Positions 13,503 through 25,899 of a stretch of DNA of 64,000 nucleotides are shown piece after piece. The stretch is from Chrysomallon squamiferum (Eukaryota; Animalia; Mollusca), in NCBI GenBank assembly GCA_012295275.1, contig CM022665.1, forward strand, positions 5,146,001-5,210,000, in the 5' to 3' direction. The translations under genes were made by a program, and so were the position numbers. The stretch's first letter is position 1. Each line of letters starts with the position of its first letter. Below the pieces are notes generated by a model. That model worked only from the letters and a program-made list of their open reading frames with translations. It was not told the DNA's origin and did not search any database.

Positions 13503-15190
13503 TGGAAAAGAGTATTCGAAGTACATAATTATTTACTGCTGTTAACATTTCCAAGACATATGTATGTATCAAGCGATATTTATGTTCTTCTATAAGCTGG
13601 CTGTAGATCGAAAGTTAGAGTGTAGACCTTAGGGGTTATTACGTCACTTCCTGCCCTGGTGGGCTATCTCCTGTCCACACCGTTGAAAGTCTACATAAAA
13701 GATCAATTTCTGGTAAACGATATGACCAAATCATACTACGAATTAAAGTGTACCTTTGGTGACACGAACAAATAGTCTTACTATATTCTGTAGATTTACA
13801 AGTTATTTTTTATTATTAATTATTATTAAAAAAAAATTTGGTTCAGTCTTAATTACACATGTGTTAAGAAAATGTGACAACAAAAGAATACATTTAAAAA
13901 TAGCTGGGCGCATTGATTTTTCTGTAGCTGACAATTTACACTTTTGTTTTTAGTGTTGTAAGAAAAAAAAAAAAAAAAATGTAATAGCTATCAGTCCGTT
14001 ACGTACGCGATGACGTCACGACTCCAGTTTGTCAGTGGTTAAAATGGTGCTTTTAAATGTTTTGTGACAGCATTATTTTATTGGTATACTTTGTTTTGAG
14101 TGATGACAATAAAACAATTTTATTAGATCATTTATTCGAAACCACTGAAGGTACACTTTAACATGTATTAAATAAATATACTGATGACTGTTAAAAAAAT
14201 ATCCGGTCATTCATTACAGAACAGGCGTAGAAACCCGAGTTATCCGAAAGTGAACAAAATATTCCGAACAATTCAAAATAAATAAATAAATAAATTAAAC
14301 AAACAAAAAACAAACAAACAAACAAAAAAATAAAAAAATTAAAAAAATTAAAACATCAACCCATAAAAAACAACAAACAAAGCAAACACTTTGTCATGAA
14401 CCGAAAATAACAACAACAACAACAAAACCACAAGAATAGATACTAGACCCACTGAAAGGCTTGAAGTGAATCATGGATCCTATGATGGGCAGTTTGTAGA
14501 TGCCTTTTGGCCCTGGCATGGCACTAAAGGGCTTCACGTCGGAGGTGATTTCATTTTTCACGACACAGCGTTTTATCACCTGCTCGCCAGAGTAAGCAGG
14601 TTCTGCGGTGACGTCAGAACGTAGCGCAGAGCCGCCATTTTGGAATCCAGAGGAATCAGATGTTTGAGTTGGGTGTTGTGTCTGATAACCCTGCAAACAA
14701 ATGATTAAGAAGATTTTCTTTTTAAAAATTATTATTACTTCTTTTTTAATTTTTTTTTTAAAATTTTATTATTACAGTTTCCAGTTAGAAATTTGCTGGA
14801 TGTGAAATCACTAAAAAAAAAAAAAAAAACACACACACACAAAAAACCCCACAAAACAACAGGAACAAACCAAAAAAAAAAAATTAAAAAAACCCCAAGC
14901 ATTTATTGGTATATATTAATGTACGTTCACCATAAACAGATCCAGAGGGGAGACATCTAGTGAAACCTCTCCAGATTTTAATAATTACGTCTTATTATTA
15001 ATTTCATATAAATATACTAAAGAGAACAGTTACATACCTGGATATTAGTTCTGTCGCTCGTATTTTGATCTTGTATAGTGGATTCTTTAGTTACAGTAGC
15101 TGTAGAACATTGAGCGGTAAGAAAAATCTGCTGGTGTCTAAGCGCCTTTAGTAGACAATTTTTGTTGACATACGTAAAAGACCGCCGCAT
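6625..15190 (-). CDS. Cytochrome P450, mitochondrial-clan-like (10 coding exons, 580 aa)
   Basis: Exons 15190-15038, 14690-14453, 11542-11320, 10677-10496, 9984-9783, 9043-8881, 8583-8417, 7952-7871, 7418-7206, 6744-6625 join in frame through GT-AG introns (1743 nt including TGA). Motifs: MPGP hinge, C-helix WHTLR, I-helix AGTDST, K-helix KESFR, PERW, heme FGFGPRSCLG. The N-terminus is basic, lacks acidic residues and has no TM anchor, suggesting mitochondrial import. Family number cannot be assigned without a search. Confidence 0.93.
7206..7418 (-). CDS. CYP coding exon 9 (TLIVMCNH...PERW...FGFGPRSCLGRRFAEQE)
   Basis: PERF-like motif and heme-binding Cys signature. Confidence 0.96.
7871..7952 (-). 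CDS. CYP coding exon 8 (MNYPTSTGTTRFLPKDIVLRGYKVPKN)
   Basis: Hand-translated; GYxVP motif; CCCAG acceptor, AAT|GTAAAC donor. Confidence 0.9.
8417..8583 (-). CDS. CYP coding exon 7 (TAKNLQMVLYTIARHP...KACVKESF)
   Basis: K-helix ExxR; CATTCAG acceptor, AG|GTACGT donor. Confidence 0.92.
8881..9043 (-). CDS. CYP coding exon 6 (FTNSVLDD...IIDLFVAGTDS)
   Basis: I-helix; not in the ORF track, translated by hand; TTGCAG acceptor, TCG|GTATTT donor. Confidence 0.9.
9783..9984 (-). CDS. CYP coding exon 5 (ISALAFNKRLGFL...EVF)
   Basis: TTTCAG acceptor, GG|GTAAGT donor; RLG motif. Confidence 0.9.
10496..10677 (-). CDS. CYP coding exon 4 (DNEDWHTLRR...KYATE)
   Basis: C-helix WxxxR; CAG acceptor, A|GTAAGT donor. 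Confidence 0.9.
11320..11542 (-). CDS. CYP coding exon 3 (NHTLKTIHDLYG...YGPIVR...EGRYPKRP)
   Basis: TTTCAG acceptor, AG|GTGAAC donor; typical mito-CYP YGPIVR/EGxYPxR segment. Confidence 0.9.
12420..12545 (-). mobile_element. Decayed SINE family B core fragment
   Basis: TACTCTCCTAAATTAGCAGCAAAGGAT...ATGCACCTCCCCA similar to 21495-21550 and to the reverse complement of 25155-25200. Confidence 0.45.
12661..12919. mobile_element. MITE-like element with imperfect terminal inverted repeats
   Basis: CAAGGGCGGATCC at 12661 and GGATCAGCCTTG ending 12919; related end CAGGGGCGGATCCA at about 39694. Confidence 0.5.
14453..14690 (-). CDS. CYP coding exon 2 (GYQTQ...KPFSAMPGPKGIYKLPIIGSMIHFKPF)
   Basis: TTTGCAG acceptor; A|GTGGGT donor matches phase 1 of the next exon; PGP hinge motif. 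Confidence 0.85.
15038..15190 (-). CDS. CYP coding exon 1 (MRRSFTYVNKNCLLKALRHQQ...TNIQ); exon begins at 15214
   Basis: TTCCAG acceptor before 15214, ATG at 15190, CAG|GTATGT donor, phase 0. Confidence 0.75.
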
Positions 15191-15248
15191 GTCTACCTCA
15201 TTAACTTTGCGTACCTGGAAAACAATAATAATAATAATAATAATAATA

Positions 15249-15288
<40 letters not shown>

Positions 15289-15400
15289 GAAGAAGAAGAA
15301 GAAGAAGAAGAATACCAAAAGGAAGAAAAACAACGCAATAATAAAGACAACAATTATAATAATAATAATAAAAATCCAAAAATCAGTATAAATCATACGT

Positions 15401-15497
<97 letters not shown>

Positions 15498-16448
15498 CTC
15501 TCTCTCAGTGTATCTCTCTCAGTGTATCTCTCTCCTCTTTTTTTTTCTCATTAACACGGCCAGTTTACGAACCACAAAAACATAATATTTCTTTTTACGC
15601 ACATTTCTTCAACCGTAAAAATATAATACAAAAGACTTAGTTCTAAAGCTCCAATTCCGCTATTCATTTCATTACGTATCGGTGCGATTCGGTACATTAA
15701 CCCACGAGAAAAGAGCGGCTGTTTGTTCCTCATCACTGTTAGTGTCCGAGAAATATTCGAGGCAACGACCGCTCTGTGAAACAGTTAATTATATATTATT
15801 TATCTAGCAGAATCAGCTGTACCGGTGATGGCTTCAACACAGTTAAGATGGTGGTGATGGCAGACGTCATTATTAACTGCTTTGCCGAAGGTTTGCAGAA
15901 TAATACGTGCTTGTTTACGAGTGTGAAAATGTGTTACCATGTCTCCGAAAATGTACGAGCAAGTGTGATACTAATTATAGGCATTAAACAAACAATATAT
16001 ATATATATACATACATACATACATATATATATATATATCAAATTTTATCCATTGAAGCATTATCTCTTGTATATATAATTACAACAGTAGACAGACAAAC
16101 ATACATACATACTTACATACATATACACATACATACAGAAACACGCATAAGCACAAAATAAACACATACACACCGTTATGTGTACATGCACGCATTCGTG
16201 TTCGTGTATAATAATTACGTCTGTTCTTTTATTTTCTTTCTTTCTTTATATGTGAGTATTAACATTTATCTAGAAACACTCAGGTACCCGATCTAACATA
16301 GAGACAGATAATGATAATTAGATCCAGACAGAAACGTTAGATAATAAGATAATGTGTAAAATGGATAGCCCGCATTAATTTTCAGTGTAGCCTGAGATGT
16401 GAGCGAGAAATAAAAGTAGATATCATTCAGACCTTGTGCTTCGGTTTC

Positions 16449-16502
<54 letters not shown>

Positions 16503-16677
16503 CGCACACGCGGATATATTAAAAAATAAATATGTCATCATAACAAACAGCTTGGACAGTATACATATACATACATGTTAAATAAGTTATATAAATAAAA
16601 ACACGCATATAAACACCTACAAAACAAAAACAAAAACAACAACAACAACAAAAAAAACCCCAACAACATTCAAATAA

Positions 16678-16873
16678 ACACAAGAGCGTATGGCTTTACA
16701 ATGATTATTTGAATTTATGTAAGTAAGTATTTTGGGATTTGAATATTCTCTGTCTTATGTACGTCTGAATAGACTCTGCACTTAGACAATATCGGGAACG
16801 CACTGGCACAAGGAGGACAAAGTCCAATCACGACCTCACAAACCCGTCAGATGCCGCTGACGAGACTCGAACG
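16678..16873 (-). mobile_element. 5'-truncated SINE family A copy
   Basis: Shares TCTCTGTCTTATGTACGTCTGAATAGACTCTGCAC...GTCAGATGCCGCTGACGAGACTCGAAC with 36213-36337. Confidence 0.8.
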
Positions 16874-18199
16874 TGTGTCACCTTTTCGCCAGCACTCCGA
16901 TACACACATATGATATACACAGAAAAGACATAGAAATATACACAAAGGTGTATGGCTTTAAAATGTTTATTTAAATGTATGTATGCATGTATATGTATGT
17001 ATGTATGTATGTAACATATATTCACAAGTGTATGGAATTATGATATATGTACATACGTATGTGTGTGTGTATATGCATGTGTATACGCACGTATGTATGC
17101 ATGTTTGCACGTGTGTGCGTGGTGTATGCATGCGCGCGTGCGTATGTGTTTTGTTGTAACTGGCAGGATTATATTCCTCACTGCGTCTTACGGCTGGTTT
17201 ATTAAAGGTACGTATTTTCTGTTTGAAAAAATATGAAAAAGACATCTTGCTCTTAATCGAACGAATGCCCTATTCTGTACGAAGACAGGGGGTTATCTCT
17301 GAACTTAACTGCACGGTCCTTAATCGTAAATGTGACGCCGTGTGACCGTTGATTAAAAACGCTTCGTTATATAAACATAATTATATTCGTTCACAGTGAG
17401 CAGAGAAGTAACACACACGTTATAAATAGGTTTAGGTTGTGGTATTATATCGTAAATCATTCAGTGAGCGGTACATACAAAATTTTAAATTACGGCTAGC
17501 AAAAGGCTGGTTAGATGTTATTGTTACAGTAAAATAAAAAAAAATAAAACTGTCACTCGGTTATAACAAGATTGTTCACATGTGGTTGAGCAGTGAGTTT
17601 ATAATATACATAGGATAAAAGAAAAAAAAAGAAAAAAAAAAAAAAGAAAAAGAAAAAAAAGAAAAGAAAACCGACTAGAAAAGCCCAAACAAAAAACGAA
17701 ATTCAAAAAAAAAAAAAATAACAGCAAAGAAAAGAAACAAAACATGATATACGAAGACGAAAATAATAAGAACGTCGCAAAACTCATCCTTTGTAATATA
17801 TACATACATACATATATATATATATATGTTACACAGACACATATACATGTATACAGAATTCAGTACATAATGAGGGTGTCAAGATTCAAAATTATGATAG
17901 GTATTTTTAAAGGTAACTGTTGTTTTTTTTTTTTTTTTTTTTTTTTATATATATATATTCAGTATACTGGTAATGTTAAACTGGTGTTGGGTTTTACATG
18001 TTCCTTTCTTATTCAACACACAACACATTAAATTAGTGCTGAATGTTGCATGTAACCTGCTTATTCAGTATGCGTTGAATATTAATTTGGGAGTCGACTG
18101 TTACATTTACAATTCTTATTCATTATCCTAGTATTATTAAATTAATGTTACTTTCTTATTTATTGGTGATATTAAATGGTTGTTCTTCTGAAGCATAAC

Positions 18200-18236
<37 letters not shown>

Positions 18237-18919
18237 GCACGCAGGCACGCACACACTTTTTATGACAAGTTCAGTGACGCGGCCTGGTTAACGTTAAGTT
18301 TAGTATCAATCAGTGAACTGTAAATGTTAAGTTACACAGGCTCACGAAGTTCAAATTTCATCAACTGTTTAATTCAGTTATCAGTTACAAAGTACTTACG
18401 TAAGCTTATCAAAGTGATTTACTTTATCTTTATATGTAAAATATGTCCCTGTGTATAGTGTGTTAGATACAAAAAGCGTACGTACAATATGTACATAAAA
18501 ATATATTAAAATGCAGAGTAAATCACACTGATGTATGTGTGTGTGTGTTCGAGTGTGTGTGTGTGTGTGTGTGTGTGTTTACACGTTTACCTATACTAAT
18601 AATCATTATTAAAATTATTATAGCTATTGAAAGCTAAATGTATAAATTATTACTGTTGTTGTTATTGTTGCTGTTTTGTTGTTGTTATTATTATTATATT
18701 TCCACAATTAAAATAAGTCAAATTTAATATTTTATCTTCAAAATATGTTGTTGTTTTTTTTTTTTTTTTTCATTTGTTCAAAGACATAAAAGTAATTCTA
18801 AAAGAAAACTAAATAATATTTAAAAATTGATTTGGTAGTCGAAATCCAGCAGATACTGTTACAATTTGTATTATAATTTAAAGATGTTTCTGCCTATTAT
18901 TACATATACTTAAACCAGT

Positions 18920-19250
18920 CTATATATAAATTACTACAGATAAAGAAAGACATACATTTTACAGATATTGATCTACATAAATTATTCGAGATCCTCAAAG
19001 CTATAAACTATTATCTGCACTGAAATCTGTAAATTATAATAGATATTGAAAGGTATAAATTTATAGATACTTAAAATATATAAATTTTATAGATAATGAA
19101 ATGTATAAATGTTAATAGATACTAAGATGTATAAATTATTAGAGACGTAGGCCTATACATTATAATCGATGCAGAAATTCATAAATCATTAAAGGTACTA
19201 CAATTATAGTTATTTAAATCTGTATATTATTACAGCCATTGAAAGCTAAA
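18920..19250. repeat. Degenerate ~25-bp minisatellite
   Basis: Recurring TATAAATT(A)TAGATA..GAAA units. Confidence 0.6.
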
Positions 19251-19430
19251 CATTACTCAACGAAAGAAAATCTATAAAAATTGTGGTTATATTTACAAAA
19301 TAATATTAACATTTCAACAAATTATTATTTTTCTCTTGCAATCGATATTCAGTGTTTTATTTCTATTCAACGGTTGTTGTTTTTTTTTTTTTTTTTTTTT
19401 CTCTCTCTCTCAGAAATATACATGTCTTAC

Positions 19431-19660
19431 CTCTTCAGCTAAATCGCTCGAAATCTTTGTCACTGTTTTTTTAATCAGCCTCTCGATACTTGTAACACAG
19501 AAATCAATGAACTGTTCTTTCCTAAATATAAACCCATTTCTGAAGCGTTCTTTTCCAAGATTAATTAGAAACAGCGAGGACACCAATCACAAAATAATGC
19601 AAATTCTGTTTACCTTTATAAAAGAGAGAGTGTGTATCCTCAAAGAGTTACAGTTATTGA
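19431..19660 (-). other. Candidate non-coding first exon of the CYP gene
   Basis: Strong GAG|GTAAGA donor at 19430 and a TATATATA at 19689-19696 about 30 nt upstream of the inferred start. The ATG-bearing exon has an acceptor, so an upstream UTR exon is expected. The 5' boundary is a guess. Confidence 0.4.
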
Positions 19661-19688
19661 TTGTTTTTATCAACAGTCGACTGAGCAG

Positions 19689-19696
19689 TATATATA
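19689..19696 (-). promoter_or_regulatory. Candidate TATA box
   Basis: TATATATA in non-repetitive context upstream of the candidate first exon. Confidence 0.3.
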
Positions 19697-19908
19697 GACA
19701 GTCAGTCAAGCTAGAAAGTTCCTTAAATACATATTGATCAAACCCGTTTGCCATCTGCCATCATGAGGTTATGTATTCAGAATGTGCACACACACATATA
19801 TATAATAATAATAACAAAAATATATGTCTATATATAAGGTGTTGCAGTGAAACAAAAAATAAATCGATAAATGTTCACGTAGTTATGTGTATATATATAT
19901 ATATATAT

Positions 19909-19950
<42 letters not shown>

Positions 19951-20902
19951 ATAACGTCAGGGGAATTTTACGAATGAAATAAAATACTGAATGTTACGTA
20001 CGGACGCAGAAAAACAATTACAAAACACACGAAGATTCGGTGTACTCACTGTTTGTAACTAGAAAGGTTTCCTCGGCATTTCGAGCGTAGCAAATGACGA
20101 AAGCTTTTGTAGCTGGTAGTAGCAAGAAGACATCTGTAATGCAGGTAAGAGATTCGTTCAGTACACGACAGTATCAGACTTCAAACCGAGATTCATACAT
20201 AACCGTCTGATCGCTTCACTTGTCCAAATGAAAAGATCTTCTCGGCTGTATTCGAAACCAGTGCGAGAAAACCCGAATCTCTCTGGGTTAGTGGTACTAC
20301 GTATTGCTGTGTGTCGCAATGCATCATCCACAAACGGAGGGAATTTAAAAAAACAAACAAAAGTTGTTTTTTTTTTTTTTTTTTTTATAATAATAGTGTA
20401 ACGCTAGTAACTGCCATATCAGCATATTATCTTAAAAAAAAAAAAAAAAAAAATCTGCATGACGCTAATTAATTACATTCACTATTGCATGCGATGTGCA
20501 TATTGTTTGTTTGTTTAGACGTTTTTACATAGCAGAAAAAAAAAAACAACAACAAAAAACAACAAAAAAACAACAACAACTGGAAACGAAAAACGATAAG
20601 ATGGGTAAAGTGATATATATAACCTTGCTGAAATGTCCTTGCAGCCTGTTAATATGAAAATAGCTGTAAGTGAGTAATAACCTTAGTACACTAACAACAA
20701 TCTAACTCAGCTGTTTAGCTGTGGAGTTTATTGTCGTTCTGTTATGCTGTATTCAATGAAAGATTGTATGTAAATTTGCGGTTCTTGTTACAGCGCGGGG
20801 AACACAACAGTCTGTCGGTGTACATGTTAAGTGTAACAGAAAGAGACTAATCACAACATATGCATGTGATTTAAAGATATAAGGTTTTCAATGTAAATTT
20901 AA

Positions 20903-20956
<54 letters not shown>

Positions 20957-21469
20957 TAATAATAATAATATTAATAATAATATGCAAACAAACTAGCTAA
21001 ACTCGTCTCCATAACAAATAATAATAATAACAACAACAATAGAAATAAAACAACAATAGCAATAACAAAATAAATTTAAAAAAAGCATTAATGATATAAC
21101 AACAACAGTAACAATAATAATTCACCTAATTCATAATTTATTAAATAAAACGACAAGAAAGAAAGAAAAAAAAATACTTAAACAATGTTGCTACAGCTGC
21201 TCTTTCTATCCCTACCCCTGAACATCTTAAATTCTTATTAGCGATCATATCATATCTTTTATCAAGTATTTTCATCAAAGTAGGCTAGTCTAGAAAGTGA
21301 TAATAACAGTTAAGATGTGTGCAGTACTTGTCAGCGTATTACAACAAAAAAAAAAAAAAAAAAAAAAAAAAAATTAAATACAATAATTTAACAGCACCGT
21401 ATCACATTTTAATATGAACTCCTTTCAGTCATATATTTTTGCTCAGTAATGACAGTTGTGAGAGAAATT

Positions 21470-21655
21470 TATACCCGGCCGTCACCATTCCGATCTACTC
21501 GTGAAATTAGCCGCAAGCCATCTTTTACATCAACTTTCCCATGGACAGGAAAACACATATTATCAAGATCTTTGATCCTGCAGCAGAGCAGGAAAACAGC
21601 CAATCAGAAGGCTGATTAAGCGCTCGATCACGCGCTCTGACCATTGGGCCATCTC
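21470..21655 (-). mobile_element. Decayed tRNA-headed SINE (family B)
   Basis: A-box-like GGAGATGGCCCAATGG head; core AATTAGC(A/C)GCAAG...TTCCC...CAGG shared loosely with 12420-12545, 17225-17370, 25135-25200 and 60912-60970. Confidence 0.5.
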
Positions 21656-21754
21656 CATTTCTCATTCGACAACGCAGAACCCGTGCGAGTATCGTTTGCG
21701 AAAAGTCATAATTTCAATGCATTTTCCTGGAAGACGTGTTGAGAGAAACAAACC

Positions 21755-21965
21755 CACTGACGTCATCAGCCATAATTAGACAGAACCACCGACGTATTTA
21801 GTGAAGGTGCCTAGGAACCGTACGTCACACAGCAGACTCCCCGCTGCTCGTGCCAACCATTTCGTAATTAGTTGTAAACAGATTATTGGACAGTTCTTAG
21901 ACCGGCGAAGCATTACGGCATTGTCATGTCGCCGCGTGCACTTAAGTCACATGATTTGAGGTCAC
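21755..21965. promoter_or_regulatory. Candidate enhancer: CRE, half-CRE, FOX, CCAAT and nuclear-receptor half-site cluster
   Basis: TGACGTCA 21758, TACGTCA 21821, GTAAACA 21874, ATTGG 21885 and TGAGGTCA 21957 in a CpG-rich unique patch. Confidence 0.3.
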
Positions 21966-22919
21966 CGATTCTCGAGGCATCAATTAGCGAGGTGAAAATA
22001 CACATGGGGGCCTGGAAGCAAAATAACAAGGGAAAAATGATTTTCCGATGTGGGTGATGATGATGATGATGATGATGGTGTCGGAGAGGGTGATTATTAT
22101 TATTATTATGATGATAATAATGACATTAATTTTTTTTTTTTTTTTTTTTTAATTATTTATTTATTTATTTATTATTATCATTATTATTATTATTATTATT
22201 TTTTTTTTCGCTGTTATAGATTAATTTATTAAAGGAAGAGCTGGGATGTGGTAGATATAGCATGCTCCGTCCGCCTTAAAATATATTCCGTTCCAGCTGC
22301 ATCATTCAGCAGATTTATCACTGTTATATACTGTCACGTGGGTATGAATGCATATCTGTCTGCCTGTATGTATGTATGTATGTGTATGTGTATGAATGTG
22401 TATGTATGTATGTGTGTGAATGTATGTATGTATGTATGTATGTATGTATGTGTGCGCATATATAGATAGCAGAAACTCACATATAAACATACTGGCATAA
22501 CACCGTTTCATAATACCAAATTAGTATTATCATAATTCACCTAACCGAATAAAAAAAGAATAAAATAATTTTATACTATAATAATGAAAATATTATAATG
22601 AATGATCCACTGTTAGATTAATATGTTTATTTCAGTGACAAGCTTTCAGGTATAATTTTATTAATTCCTTCGATCACAAATATGATTTCCATTTATTATT
22701 ATACATTATCGTCAGTATACCGCATCTTCACGGTCTCTCCCTTCCAACGAAATAATTCATTTTTAAAAATGCTAATTACGTACATGATCTAACATATGCA
22801 ACTATATTAACGAATGAATACAGTAGAATGTTTATTCGTCAATCCTGACATTTTTTTATTTTTTTTTTTTTTTTTTTTTTATCTTTGGGCCTAGTTTTAA
22901 AACAAGATCATCTGTCTCA

Positions 22920-22954
<35 letters not shown>

Positions 22955-23613
22955 AACAACTGTGTACCTAATAATTAATGAAAAATCGTAAAGAATCAAA
23001 TTAAACAAGTACTAGAAGCTTAGCAGCTCAGCTTTAATCACAATGGCCTAACCTAGTAAAAAAAAAAAAAAAAAAAAAAAAATAATAATACTAAATTTTT
23101 GGTCAGAGAAAATACACCGAACCTTTTTTTTTTTAAATTTTTTACGTTATACTAGTACTGTATTTCAAATTATTTATTTTCTGAGGAATGGGATTTCTGC
23201 TTATTATTCAGATGCGTAGAATATCTCGGTGACATAGTATATGATATATGTGAAACGAAATATTATGTATTCCCGTGCTGTCAACAATAACATCCATAAA
23301 GCATACACACACAAATAACAATAAATTACTTCAAGAGTGTTATTATTTACTTATTTATTAGTATTAAAACATTTATATATAGCTTTTACGATCACACATT
23401 ACATGGGTCTGATCTCTCATAAAATAAAAATGTTGATAGATAATTATTTACTTCGTGAAAATAAAGATAAACAAGTATAAGTGTTCTTTCATTTTTTTTT
23501 TTTTTTTTTTATTATTATTATTTTTTTTTTTCTGTTCTATGTGAAAAATGATCTCACGTTATCAGGGAAAATGTCAGATTCAGCAGATCCTCGAATTACT
23601 GTTGTAATTATAA

Positions 23614-23772
23614 TTGGCATACTTCATTACTGACAGTGGTTGATGTCCGCTAACAAATATTATATTTTTGGCATACTTCATTACTGTCAGTGGTTGATAT
23701 CCGCTAACAAATATTATATTTTTGGCATACTTCATTACTGACAGTGGTTGATGTCCACTAGCAAATATTATA
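23614..23772. repeat. 54-bp tandem repeat x3
   Basis: GGCATACTTCATTACTGACAGTGGTTGATGTCCGCTAACAAATATTATATTTTT at 23616, 23670, 23724. Confidence 0.92.
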
Positions 23773-25206
23773 CAAACTAATGCACTTTACTATTGGCAGA
23801 AACTGTTCCCACAGACAAATATTAGAGCTTACTTTATTGTTAACAAAGATTTTTGTGTTCGATAACAAATACAAAAATAACGTCGGCGCACATATCGTGT
23901 ATATCTATCTGTAAAAGCCTTTACTTCAGTACCACCACAGCTGCGCTTTAACAATATCACCAAAGGAGACTTAATTGCTAAAACGTAACATTCTCTGATA
24001 GCTGACGCAGCACTATTTATTTACAAACTTGCAGTAGGCTTCTGTGCTCCTCTTGGTTGTATGCCAGTGATTGTGCAATTTCGCAGAGAAAAGCAATACA
24101 TTAGAATATAACGAGAGACGAAGTCTGAGTAATCGCAGTTTCAGTTCAAAAGTCTGTTTCGACCTAAATTCCTCTTTATAAATATTTTAAAAGTTTACCT
24201 CTAGGGCCATAGCAGCTTTTTATTAAAGCACTGGGAAAGGTCAGGTTTAAACATTAACTATGTATCGGCGACAGTATCTTTATTCTTTTAAACATATATG
24301 TTGGTGGGGTTTATTTTTGTGTGTGTGTGTTTTTTTTTTCTCGTTAGTTTCTCTTTTTATTTACGTATGTGTATGCATGCATATATCCGTATGTGTGTGT
24401 GTGTGTATGTATATGTTCGTGTATGTTTATGTATGCATGTATCCATGTATGTATGTGTGTGGGTCTGTCTGTGAATGTACTTATCTATGTATATATATAT
24501 GTGTGTGTATATGCGCAAGCGTGTGTATGTATGCATGTATGTATGTATATATAATTGCTTATCTATATGTATATATGATGCATGCATATGTACGTATATA
24601 TGTACACACACACCCACTCACACACATACATAGGGTTGTGTGTGTGTGTGTGTGTGTGGCCATCATTCTTTAAACAGTCCAGTCAAACAGTTCACTGACA
24701 CACTTGTCATGTGAAAGATGACAAAGTCTCGACCACACAATAAATCATATAAAGCTTATCAGTGACATTATTGATGCTCGATGTCTATTTTTTAACCTGA
24801 AAGATTCAGCAAACAAATAAAATACAGCGAAGAGATTTTACGTCAGAAAACGGCTATTGATTTTTTTTTTTTTTTTTTTTTTTTTCTGTATCCATAATAG
24901 ATATACGGTAATATGTAACATTAGTATCATAAGAGCAATATAGCTGGTATTAATTTGCAGACATTAGTCGTAGAATAGATCATTATTTCTTTCATGTCCA
25001 CGCTAATGAAAGAACGGATACTTTTCTTCTCTTCCGAAACAGCATGAATCTAAACTGTAAATAAAGAACATCTCTGGAGATCATTTCTTCCTTGCAGGTT
25101 AATATATTTCCAATTCTGACGACTGCTCGATAACTAGTATATCAAAAGGCTGTTTCTTACTGCCTATGGGAAGGTGCTCATTAACGATTCATTGCTGCTA
25201 TATCTT

Positions 25207-25247
<41 letters not shown>

Positions 25248-25774
25248 ATACCAATAACAACAACAACAAAAATAAAATAATAATAAATGCATTAAAAAAT
25301 AAAAAATAAATGAAAAAGAGAAATGGGCTGGGTATCTAATAACTATTAACAATATAACATTATTATAATAATAATAATAAAAAAATAAATAAATAAATAA
25401 ATAAAAAAATATAAAAATAAAACATTTATGTTTTCTTTCTTAGAGATTACATTTTTCAAATTCGTTCAACTTGAAAACATTTTCGTACGTGATACAATGC
25501 TCGTTGTTGTATTTCTAACAGCAAAAATATGTCAGTGTAATTATTTTCTAAAGAAAAGTGGGTGTTTTCCCCACATATCATACATACACTGAAAAGAAAA
25601 GAACAGAAATAAAAAAGAAGAAAAATAGCCTGGCACAGTAGAAAGGGCAGTTTTATAAGTCGAATAAGACTTCACCTTTTATATTGCTAATGTTTTTTGT
25701 ACAGCAGTGTGTATTTTGCTAAATCTTTTCAGTAACCAGTAAATGATGTTATATTCGTGTGTGTGTGTGTGTGT

Positions 25775-25858
<84 letters not shown>

Positions 25859-25868
25859 AGAGATATTA

Positions 25869-25899
<31 letters not shown>

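Noticed and set aside
19336-19737. 133-aa plus-strand ORF
   Set aside because: Non-ATG start, poly-T content and no recognisable domain; antisense to the candidate CYP UTR exon.
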